Assembly: GCA_051532035.1 (NCBI GenBank)
Contig: JAOPTW010000011.1
Coordinates: 32,001 to 96,000 of the forward strand
Length of the DNA: 64,000 bases
Direction: 5' to 3'
Source: Fibrobacterales bacterium
GTDB lineage: Bacteria; Fibrobacterota; Fibrobacteria; Fibrobacterales; JAOPTW01
Shown here in pieces: positions 10,295 to 18,431 of this stretch (positions within the stretch are counted from its first letter, which is position 1; every line of letters starts with the position of its first letter). The notes under the pieces were generated by a model. The model was not told the origin of the DNA. It saw nothing but the letters and a program-made list of their open reading frames with translations, and did no database searches. The translations under genes and the position numbers were made by a program.

Positions 10295-11779
10295 TTACAC
10301 ACTATACCAACCAGAGACCAGCGGTTTTTGGTTGGGTGTCGTATCCATAGTAATAGTCTTTTTGCGACAGTACGACTTTAAACTATCCAGACCAAGCTCC
10401 TTACCATACCCACTACTCTTAAAGCCGCCAAAGGGAACTTCACTCGAGAAAGCTCCATAGGTATTGACCCAAACAGTTCCTACATTCAATGCTCTTGTTA
10501 CACGCTGTATATCTGCTTGATTATTGCTCCATACCGAAGCAGCGAGCCCATACTCAGAACTATTTGCCAGTGTTATAGCCTCATCAATTGAACTAAAAGG
10601 TGCGGTAATTAGAACGGGCCCAAATACCTCTTCATTCCATATATCCATATCCGATGTTACATTACTTAATATAGTAGGTGGGAAGAAAGCACCTTCTGTA
10701 GGGATTTCACTCAGTTGGAGTGGGGTTAATCTCACAGCACCCTGACCAATAGCTTGTGCGACCATTTGTGATACCTTCTCTCTATGGACACTACTAATTA
10801 AGGGACCCATATCTGTTGTGGGTCGTTCTCCCGAAGCGATCACTAATGCAGAGGCTTTCTGTGCAAGAAGCTCGGTAAATTGTTTGTAGATAGATTCATG
10901 AATGAGCAGTCGAGAGCCAGCGACACACATTTGCCCTTGGTTCATAAAAATGGTTGTTAAAATGGTGCGAGCGGTACTTTCTAGGTCACAATCTTCACCC
11001 ACAATAGTGGGGGACTTTCCACCCAGTTCAAGAGTAACAGGTGCAAGGTTTTTTGCGGTACTCTCTACAATGGCTCGTCCTGTTTTTGTAGACCCTGTAA
11101 AGGAGACTTTAGCAATATCCCTATGTCCGGTCAGCGTTGGACCGATCTCTTGGCCAATGCCCGTTACTACATTAAGTGCACCTTTTGGCAGGTCTGTTAC
11201 ACTCAGTTTTTCACACAGTGTTAGGAGTGATACTGAAGTGAGTTCAGATGGTTTCATCACGATAGTGTTACCGGCTGCAAGAGCAGGAGCAATTTTCCAT
11301 GCTGCCATCAAGAGGGGATAGTTCCATGGAATTATTTGTGCAACAACACCAAGGGGCTCATACTGAGTATACGAGAAGGTACTCCCATCTGTAGGGAACG
11401 TCTCGCCCTTAAGTGAGAGTACTAAGGATGCATAGGTTCTAAAAACCTTTGCTGCTTCGGGAATATCTATGAGTGATGACTCTTTAATGGGTTTACCATT
11501 CTCTTGAGTCTCTATTTGTGAGAGTAATCCTGAGTGCTCTTCAATAACGTCGGCAATTTCACGTAACATATCGGCTCTGTCGTGATACGAAAGCGCCCGC
11601 CATTCATCAGATTGGTAGCACTTTTTTGCGGATGTTACGGCTCTATGTATATCTTCTGGTGACCCCTGTTGAATAGTCCACAGTAGTGCACCAGTAGCAG
11701 GGTTTATAGAATCAATAGTGTTCTTTGTAGTGCTTGTGCACCACTCGCCACCAATAAAGTGACCATACTCTTTAGACAT
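10295..11779 (-). CDS. Aldehyde dehydrogenase (NAD(P)-dependent)
   Basis: 'PWNYP', 'FTGST', 'LELGGKSP', catalytic 'GQMCVAG', 'EEVFGP'. Start at ATG 11779 overlaps the aldolase end. Confidence 0.95.
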   Translation of the reverse strand: MSKEYGHFIGGEWCTSTTKNTIDSINPATGALLWTIQQGSPEDIHRAVTSAKKCYQSDEWRALSYHDRADMLREIADVIEEHSGLLSQIETQENGKPIKESSLIDIPEAAKVFRTYASLVLSLKGETFPTDGSTFSYTQYEPLGVVAQIIPWNYPLLMAAWKIAPALAAGNTIVMKPSELTSVSLLTLCEKLSVTDLPKGALNVVTGIGQEIGPTLTGHRDIAKVSFTGSTKTGRAIVESTAKNLAPVTLELGGKSPTIVGEDCDLESTARTILTTIFMNQGQMCVAGSRLLIHESIYKQFTELLAQKASALVIASGERPTTDMGPLISSVHREKVSQMVAQAIGQGAVRLTPLQLSEIPTEGAFFPPTILSNVTSDMDIWNEEVFGPVLITAPFSSIDEAITLANSSEYGLAASVWSNNQADIQRVTRALNVGTVWVNTYGAFSSEVPFGGFKSSGYGKELGLDSLKSYCRKKTITMDTTPNQKPLVSGWYSV

Positions 11780-12776
11780 GTTCAAGTTCCTTTACGGGGG
11801 CGTCTTTCCAGAGATCAAAGATTCTATAAAAGGGGGCGTACCATTTTGAGAGATCGCCAATGTGGCCTTTTATAAGTTTCAGCTTTTTTTGACTGGTTGC
11901 TGCAAATGGATCGAGCCTCCCATTAAAGACATGAACCCAAATCTCTCGTTTACCCATGTTGATAAAGTCGGCATCATCATCATTGGTGATTTTAGTAAGG
12001 ACACCTTTTTTGAAATGCATGTTGTACAGCGTCCCATCATCCGAAAGCTTAATAGCATACCGAGTAGTTAAGTCCGAAGCTTCTCCCAGTGAGAGGGCTT
12101 CGGAGTCATTATTAATGAGATTTTGGAGTCTCTGCATGTGAGCATCAGTAAATACCTCATAGGTCGCATTGGATTTGTCAGAGACGATTTCTGTTTTTTT
12201 TGATGTGTCTTGCCCAAGGAGGAGTGAATTAAGAGTGATTGTTGCTGCTGACTCAGCAGTGTCAGCTAAGGAATATGCCTCTATAAGGGTGTCGCCAGCG
12301 GCTACAAGACCATGCTTTTCGAGAAAGACAATCGAACTCGTTTGAAAGGCGTTGAGTAATGCAGGTATATCGGTAACTGTTGGACTTTTCTGTGTAAGTA
12401 CCGGCGGTTGGCCTAAAATGAGTGATGACTCATAGGTACTTGGTTCAATTGCTCTGTTACAGTTAAGAAGAGAGAGTAAGCTCGTTGGGTGAAGATGGAC
12501 GACAGCTTGATAATTTTCGGTGTTGTATAGAGCGAGATGCATCTCAGTTTCGGTAGAGGTTCGCTTTTCATTTTCCTCAATTAATGAACCGGTAGTATCA
12601 ATAAGTAGAATATCTTCTTCTGTAATAAAACCGAGGGAGGTTTGATGTGCAGTAATCAGAATTTCATTCTCATTCAGTCGACAGGATATGTTGCCACCCC
12701 AACCAGAGGTGAGCCCTTTGGTAAAGGCCATTTTTCCTATCTCTATTATCTGTTCTATACAACGTTGTCTGCTCAT
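11772..12776 (-). CDS. Class II aldolase/adducin family protein fused to a C-terminal SCP2-like (sterol/lipid carrier) domain
   Basis: 'GGNISCR', 'STETEMH', 'HLH', 'KHG' metal ligands; C-terminal 'ADF......W..VFNGRLDPFAA..QKKLKL.G' SCP2-like pattern. Confidence 0.8.
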   Translation of the reverse strand: MSRQRCIEQIIEIGKMAFTKGLTSGWGGNISCRLNENEILITAHQTSLGFITEEDILLIDTTGSLIEENEKRTSTETEMHLALYNTENYQAVVHLHPTSLLSLLNCNRAIEPSTYESSLILGQPPVLTQKSPTVTDIPALLNAFQTSSIVFLEKHGLVAAGDTLIEAYSLADTAESAATITLNSLLLGQDTSKKTEIVSDKSNATYEVFTDAHMQRLQNLINNDSEALSLGEASDLTTRYAIKLSDDGTLYNMHFKKGVLTKITNDDDADFINMGKREIWVHVFNGRLDPFAATSQKKLKLIKGHIGDLSKWYAPFYRIFDLWKDAPVKELEHV

Positions 12777-13255
12777 CAGTTATTCTCTAAAATAAGTTTA
12801 TTGGTAAGGTTGGGCAAATGAATGTCTGTATCTGGAATACGGTCGTACTCAAAAGGGATGCTATTAACGCCATTTGGCACAATGTCACTATCAAAAAAGG
12901 AGAGGTCAGGTATTTCTGACTTTTCAATTGGAATGGTATAGGCGGGGATCGTTGACTGTTTTGAAAAGAGAAGTCCCATAGCGCTCCCCGGAAGGGTATT
13001 CCATTCGGTAGTATTATTTTTGTGGCCTTGAATATACAGGGCACTGATCTCTTTATTCTGAAAGAGCGATCCAATCATATTATCAGTAATGAGAGTCAAG
13101 GATAATTCATGCATAGTATTGTTTTGTATCGCTTCAGCGACATCCTTTTCAAAAGGGCGTGTTTCAGTCACATAGAGTGTAGCGCATTCAGCATGATTCG
13201 ATTGAATGATAGCAAGGGTCTGTTCTGTAGGAATACCAATGAGGAGTATATTCAT
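12776..13255 (-). CDS. Short degenerate MtnA/eIF2B-family paralogue (C-terminal domain only)
   Basis: 'YVTETRPF' and 'LTLITDN' mirror 'YATETRPY' and 'VTLIPDN' in the 14820-15815 isomerase. Its TGA overlaps the aldolase ATG. Confidence 0.6.
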   Translation of the reverse strand: MNILLIGIPTEQTLAIIQSNHAECATLYVTETRPFEKDVAEAIQNNTMHELSLTLITDNMIGSLFQNKEISALYIQGHKNNTTEWNTLPGSAMGLLFSKQSTIPAYTIPIEKSEIPDLSFFDSDIVPNGVNSIPFEYDRIPDTDIHLPNLTNKLILENN

Positions 13256-13269
13256 AATTTCCTTTAATA

Positions 13270-13300
13270 AAGAACCGCACCCAATTAGGGTGCAGTTCTT
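13270..13300 (-). promoter_or_regulatory. Intra-operon stem-loop (terminator, attenuator or mRNA-stabilising hairpin)
   Basis: Minus strand reads AAGAACTGCACCC-TAATT-GGGTGCGGTTCTT then TATT; 13-bp stem with one G-U pair. Confidence 0.65.
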
Positions 13301-13306
13301 CTCGTG

Positions 13307-14806
13307 TTATTGTGCAGCGGTTGTTTCTGATGCCGCTTCAGCTTGAGCACCAGAGCCTTCTCCACCTGCAGATTTTGCATAATCATCCATAGAGCGCATA
13401 TAGCTTTGGAAAATTTTCAGGGGGAATGAGTTGATTGTTTTACTTTCGAGTATGCGTTGCACGCGCCCTCTGGCTGAGTAAAACTCACGGTTTGCCCATG
13501 AGGCAATTTGTCCGAGCTCTTCTCGTGCAAGGTGCTTAGTACGTACTACTGGCTCATGAAAGTTCCAGCGGTCGAAATCGGTAATTTCACAAAACTCTTT
13601 CACTTCTTCATACATTGGAATTCCCGGTACAGGGAGAAGCATCTGGAGTGCCATGATGTCTGGATCGATATCATCGAGAACTGCGAAACGTTTTTTAAGA
13701 CTCCGAGCACTGTCATCAGGGAACCCAATGATCCATGTAATTACAGAAGTAATGTTCATTTCACGAAGTGCTTCAGTCACTTCTTTAATCTCAGCAACGG
13801 TTGTACCTTTTTTGACTTTTTTTAACTCTGCGTCATCGGTTACTTCTAAGCCATATATTACTGCACCGAGACCACATTTTTGAAGCTCGGGGAGTAAGTC
13901 GAGGTCACGTTTGAGTGAATGGGCATTGCCGAGGAAATTAAAGTTTACGGGAAGCTTACGTTCTTGAAGTTCTGCAAGGAATGCTTCGGTACGTTTACGT
14001 GATGGGTTAAAGTTAAGGTCAAAAATACTGATATTGTCGACACCATAGTTAACATAGAGGTGTTCCATCTCATCGACAACACGTTTTGCTGATTTGTAGC
14101 GATGTTTCATCCAGTCGTTGTTTCCCCGTGGATCCATAGTAACCCAGTCGATACAAAAACTACATCCAAACGGACAGCCACGAGCGGTAAAGATCTCTTG
14201 GTAGGTATCTATCTGATCATACCCGATATATTTATCCATAGGGAAGAGTTCATACGCTGGCATAGGTAACGAATCGAGGTCTTTAATGAGGGGTCTATAT
14301 TCATTAACGATGAGTTCACCTTTGTCTGAATGATGACAAAGCCCTTTGATGGTAGAGAGATCGCCATCGTCTGTTGCGAGGGTCGCCACGAGTTCGGTTA
14401 CGGTCAGATCAGGCTCACCGGCAATAACATAGTCATATTGTGGTGTTTCATTAGCGATAGTCATGTAGTTCGCTGCAATGTAGAAACCACCAGCACAAAT
14501 GCTCACTTCAGGGAACATCTCTTTAATCATCACCGCTGCACGTTCGTAGTGAGGAATGATCGAAAGTGTTTGTGTCATTTGATACGCATCACCAAGATAG
14601 ATGAGGTCTGGTTGACGTTCTTCGATTTCTTGAAGCATTTGTTCGTGTTGGAATTCTTCAGCTCTGCAATCGAGGGCTTCAACAGTAACTCCGGTAACAT
14701 CTCGTTGTATACACGCAGCCATTTGTGCATGACTCACGTTTATTGCAATATGTTTTCCCCAGGTAACCCATGATCCCATGGGAGGTTGTAAAAATAGTAC
14801 TTTCAT
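13307..14806 (-). CDS. Cobalamin-binding radical SAM enzyme
   Basis: N-terminal B12-binding Rossmann domain, 'LDSLPMPAYEL', CxxxCxxC 'RGCPFGCSFC', 'GLE', 'IIGFP', 'PVPG'. ATG at 14806 follows GAGGA. Confidence 0.92.
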   Translation of the reverse strand: MKVLFLQPPMGSWVTWGKHIAINVSHAQMAACIQRDVTGVTVEALDCRAEEFQHEQMLQEIEERQPDLIYLGDAYQMTQTLSIIPHYERAAVMIKEMFPEVSICAGGFYIAANYMTIANETPQYDYVIAGEPDLTVTELVATLATDDGDLSTIKGLCHHSDKGELIVNEYRPLIKDLDSLPMPAYELFPMDKYIGYDQIDTYQEIFTARGCPFGCSFCIDWVTMDPRGNNDWMKHRYKSAKRVVDEMEHLYVNYGVDNISIFDLNFNPSRKRTEAFLAELQERKLPVNFNFLGNAHSLKRDLDLLPELQKCGLGAVIYGLEVTDDAELKKVKKGTTVAEIKEVTEALREMNITSVITWIIGFPDDSARSLKKRFAVLDDIDPDIMALQMLLPVPGIPMYEEVKEFCEITDFDRWNFHEPVVRTKHLAREELGQIASWANREFYSARGRVQRILESKTINSFPLKIFQSYMRSMDDYAKSAGGEGSGAQAEAASETTAAQ

Positions 14807-14819
14807 TGTGTCCTCTTGG

Positions 14820-15815
14820 TTATTTACTCCAGGCCTCTGGTAATTCAGAAGGCGATAGAGCAGCATTAAATGTTATCAGTTTTGTTATAAGGGTGTGTGG
14901 AGTCATATCAAATGCAGGGTAATAGGCATTAGTATGCTCTGGGTATATCATTCTGCCTTTAAAAGTCGTAACTTCTCGACTGTCTCGTTGTTCAATTGGT
15001 ACAGCGTCTCCAGTTTCTGTAGAGCCTGGATCTTGCACTAAGGAAAAGAAGGGAATACCATACTTTTTTGCCATTGTTGCAATTTGATAGGTTCCTGTCT
15101 TATTAACGACATCACCATTGAGTGCAACTCTGTCTGCTCCGGTAATTATTTTTGTAATAATTCCTGATGCAATAACCGAAGCGGTTCTATTGTCCGGTAT
15201 GAGTGTTACCGGAAAGCCTTCGGCCTGTAATTCCCATGCGGTCAACCGTCCTTGAAAGTAAGGGCGGGTCTCAGTTGCATAATATGAGAGATACTTACCT
15301 TGTGCTTTGCAGAACTGTGCAATGAGCAGTAATTCACCACTGGTGTTACAGTGGGTTAATACGACATCACCATCTTCGAATAGTGCTGCTGCAAGCTCTG
15401 CTCTGTTGAGACGCATCTGTTTGATGCGTTCCAGAAAGCCCAAGATTTTGTTTTCAGCAAACTCTTTGCTGTCGACCTTGTTTTGAGCCATACCTTCAGA
15501 AACCCATTGTTTAACCATAGCGGTGTATGTTTTAAAACTAAAGGTTGGACGGCTCTTATTGAGTGCATCAACAGCATGGGCTATTGTTGCTTCAAGAGCA
15601 TTCTTCTCAGTGTTTCTAATGGTTATGATCAGGGCATAGAATACTGTCAGGAGTTGTCCAAAGGCTCGGGTTTTCATGTCGCGTATAACGGTCACCGCTT
15701 CTGAATAATCAGAAACGGTGATGTAGGTTATCGCCTCTGGAAGCGCAGTCTCATCAAGTACTTCAAACGTCTTACGCTGTAGTCGCGCCGACCAACCCAG
15801 AAGTGGAAATTCCAT
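14820..15815 (-). CDS. mtnA: S-methyl-5-thioribose-1-phosphate / 5-deoxyribose-1-phosphate isomerase-like protein (eIF2B family), divergent
   Basis: 'SRPT', 'LTHCN', 'ETRPYFQGRLTAWEL', 'GADRVALNGDVVNKTGTY', 'PAFDMTP'. Start moved to ATG 15815. Confidence 0.8.
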   Translation of the reverse strand: MEFPLLGWSARLQRKTFEVLDETALPEAITYITVSDYSEAVTVIRDMKTRAFGQLLTVFYALIITIRNTEKNALEATIAHAVDALNKSRPTFSFKTYTAMVKQWVSEGMAQNKVDSKEFAENKILGFLERIKQMRLNRAELAAALFEDGDVVLTHCNTSGELLLIAQFCKAQGKYLSYYATETRPYFQGRLTAWELQAEGFPVTLIPDNRTASVIASGIITKIITGADRVALNGDVVNKTGTYQIATMAKKYGIPFFSLVQDPGSTETGDAVPIEQRDSREVTTFKGRMIYPEHTNAYYPAFDMTPHTLITKLITFNAALSPSELPEAWSK

Positions 15816-16563
15816 GGGCACCTTTAGACTCAAGAATGTTAATTGCTTCGAATGCGATATCGATAGTTTTTGTTTCAGCTTCAAAGAATTTGAGGCTGCC
15901 AAAACCAAGTTCGCCAGTGATAAGGTTATCACTTACTGCGAGTACCGCTCCGGCTTTAAGGCCTTTCACTTGTGCTACAGTGAGGAGTGCTGAGGTGACC
16001 ATGTCGACACCGATACATTTAAGATCACACATCTCTGCGATAAGCTCTTTTGTTTCTCTGAGGAGTGCATCAGTACTCCATGTAAGACCAACATGGTAGG
16101 TTACGCCTAGGTTTTCACATGCTTCAACAAGTGCTGATGTTGTCATGAGGTCGACTACTGTTGAAAAGTTGGAAGGTACATAGTAGGGTGAAGTACCTTC
16201 ACCACGAATAGCACCATTGGCAATGATGATATCACCAACAGCGATATCTTCGCGCATTGCGCCACATGATCCTGTTCTGATAATCGTTTCTGAGCCACCC
16301 GCTGCAAAGATTTCTGTAGTAATTGCGGCAGGAGGTGCATACATACCACTATTTGCAGTACTTACCAATAGTTCACCAATTTCACCAGTGTACATCTCAA
16401 CACCTGCAAAAGAGAAATCTCTAATAGGGTCTGTTAATTTTGCTTTAACCGCATCAAGTCTATCAATGGGTCCGGGTACCACAGCGTATTTACCCAGTGA
16501 ACCTGGTTGTAGCTGTACCATTTTTAAAAGGTCTTGTGCGTCCATGTGAACATTTTTACTCAT
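15772..16563 (-). CDS. Nucleoside phosphorylase (PNP_UDP_1, uridine/purine phosphorylase family)
   Basis: 'VVPGPIDR', 'IIRTGSCGA', 'AIRGEGTSPYY', 'STDA', 'GVDM', 'AVSDN'. Confidence 0.9.
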   Translation of the reverse strand: MSKNVHMDAQDLLKMVQLQPGSLGKYAVVPGPIDRLDAVKAKLTDPIRDFSFAGVEMYTGEIGELLVSTANSGMYAPPAAITTEIFAAGGSETIIRTGSCGAMREDIAVGDIIIANGAIRGEGTSPYYVPSNFSTVVDLMTTSALVEACENLGVTYHVGLTWSTDALLRETKELIAEMCDLKCIGVDMVTSALLTVAQVKGLKAGAVLAVSDNLITGELGFGSLKFFEAETKTIDIAFEAINILESKGAHGISTSGLVGATTA

Positions 16564-16593
16564 GTATCCCTCTGTATTGAATTATTATTTTAG

Positions 16594-16848
16594 TTATTGC
16601 TTTTCTGACTCTATATAGTCGTTCATTATAGTGAGCATTCCACCGAGTGTCGTAATTGATGACACTGAAGAGAGCGGTACATTAATTTTAAAGGTTGTTT
16701 GCAATCGCACTCCAAGAGTCATAATGCCGAGTGAATCAATACCGATATCTTCGTAGATATTGGTTGTTTCACTGATTTCATCGGGCTCCATACCGAGGTG
16801 ATCACAAATTACGGGGGAAAATTCTTTCCAAGATATTGTACTCATCAT
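16594..16848 (-). CDS. Acyl carrier protein
   Basis: 84 aa, acidic, with phosphopantetheine site 'DIGIDSLG'. Confidence 0.9.
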   Translation of the reverse strand: MMSTISWKEFSPVICDHLGMEPDEISETTNIYEDIGIDSLGIMTLGVRLQTTFKINVPLSSVSSITTLGGMLTIMNDYIESEKQ

Positions 16849-18431
16849 TACTCCTGTGTTACACTCATCATGCGAGTTAACTCTTCTTTTGATTGATCGA
16901 TCAGTTGTTGAAAATTTACTTTTCCAACACCTGGATTTTTTGGTATCTCATCAATAAAGATGATATTGTCGGGCACCATATATGGTGCGAGGTTTTCTCT
17001 GCACACTCTCATGATAGCCCCTGATTTTAATTCAGCCTGAGGGTCTTTAACGACATAGGCCCAGACCATTTCACCATAGAGCTCGTGGGGGACACCTACT
17101 ACTGCGGCACTCAGTACTTCAGGTATGGTTTCGACCATCTCTTTAATCACTACGGGTGAGACACTTTTTCCTCCCCGTTTTATGAGATATTTATTTCTAC
17201 CGAGTAGGGCAATGGTGTTGTCGCCAATCATTTTCGCATGGTCACCGGTCTTGAACCATCCATCACAAAATGCGGTATTATTCTCATCAATGTTTCCAAG
17301 ATACTGTTTGATAACACCTTTTCCTTTAATCCAGAGCTCACCTTCGACACCATCTTCTACGGCGGTGCCCTCTGCATTAAAAATACCGACTTCATTGCCA
17401 GTACCAGCTACCATAGTGAGCTCATTGGTGTTATTCACAAAGTCAGCTTCACTTTCAGCCTTCCATACCATGATAACGGTCGCTGTTTCAATAAGGCCAT
17501 ACCCAATACCAACGTGATTGAGATGAGTGAATGTATCTTTAATTCTATTGAGAAGTTTGTTAGGGAAAAAGTCCATTCCTGTATAGAGGCCTTGCACTGA
17601 TGTGAGGTCGAATTGACCGAGCATAGGGAGTCCAAGGATTGCCTCATAATAGGCTGGTGGGGCTGCAATTGAGTCAGCCTTCCATTTCTGAACCTGTTGA
17701 AGATAGGTGACCGGAGACATATCTGACGTTGAGATTTGTTTAACTCCTGCCATCATCATACCACTCAGTACCAATATCCCCGAAGTAGAGAGGGGGAAGG
17801 CGAGCATACACGAGTAGTTATTACCTTGTGGCATAGCCATTTCAAATGATGACTTAAGTACTGAAGCTCCAGCTCCTTGTGACATCATAACCATTTTTGG
17901 TTTACCTGTTGTTCCCGAACTGGTTGCCATCATAAAAGGGTGGTTTTCATCGGTACCTTTAAAGAGGTGGTCTTCGATAACCATTGCACTGACTGCTTCG
18001 TCAGCGTCATCGTTAAATGAGCTCACCGGTAATACGATAAAAGGAGCGTGCATCTGTTGTGCAGTTTCAGTAAGGGTTTCACACTCTTTATCAGAACATA
18101 TAACGTGACCGACACGACACCCAAGATAAATACCTACGCGTGCTTGTGCAGGAATCATGTTAAAGAGGGGGACCGCTATAGCTCCAAGACGTGATATTGA
18201 GAGTATAAGGTAAAAGGTCTCAGCACAGTTGGGGAGGGTATAACCCACACCAGCACCTGGTTTAATACCAAGAGCAATGAGTTTTTTTGTGTAGCAATCA
18301 ACATTCGTTTTAAGAGTATCAAGAGTGATAATCTCATCGTTTATGATCAGGAGTTCTGTACTCCCTTCTTTGGTGTACAATATGTTTTCTATAATGTCAT
18401 TAAAGGTATTACATGAGAATATGTCACTCAT
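16848..18431 (-). CDS. AMP-dependent synthetase/ligase (class I adenylate-forming) #2
   Basis: 'TSSGTTGKPK', 'GYGLIET', 'GWFKTGD', 'GRNKYLIKRGG', 'PKNPGVGK'. Confidence 0.92.
   Translation of the reverse strand: MSDIFSCNTFNDIIENILYTKEGSTELLIINDEIITLDTLKTNVDCYTKKLIALGIKPGAGVGYTLPNCAETFYLILSISRLGAIAVPLFNMIPAQARVGIYLGCRVGHVICSDKECETLTETAQQMHAPFIVLPVSSFNDDADEAVSAMVIEDHLFKGTDENHPFMMATSSGTTGKPKMVMMSQGAGASVLKSSFEMAMPQGNNYSCMLAFPLSTSGILVLSGMMMAGVKQISTSDMSPVTYLQQVQKWKADSIAAPPAYYEAILGLPMLGQFDLTSVQGLYTGMDFFPNKLLNRIKDTFTHLNHVGIGYGLIETATVIMVWKAESEADFVNNTNELTMVAGTGNEVGIFNAEGTAVEDGVEGELWIKGKGVIKQYLGNIDENNTAFCDGWFKTGDHAKMIGDNTIALLGRNKYLIKRGGKSVSPVVIKEMVETIPEVLSAAVVGVPHELYGEMVWAYVVKDPQAELKSGAIMRVCRENLAPYMVPDNIIFIDEIPKNPGVGKVNFQQLIDQSKEELTRMMSVTQE

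Noticed and set aside
13307..14806. Calling the radical SAM enzyme BchE or HpnP
   Set aside because: The domain layout is shared by many B12-rSAMs, and no bacteriochlorophyll or hopanoid genes are present in the window
15816..15932. N-terminal extensions in the ORF track (also 4730-4840, 14807-14866, 21151-21177, 22248-22328, 47390-47515)
   Set aside because: They overlap neighbouring genes or promoters; downstream ATGs with an RBS or stop/start coupling fit better
10295..16563. Fluoroacetate or salinosporamide-type halometabolite pathway
   Set aside because: No fluorinase/chlorinase (SAM-dependent halogenase) ORF is recognisable in the window; only the downstream logic is similar
10295..16563. 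Canonical methionine salvage operon
   Set aside because: No MtnK, MtnC/W/X or MtnD is seen, and MtnA is divergent and accompanied by an rSAM, an SCP2 fusion and ALDH
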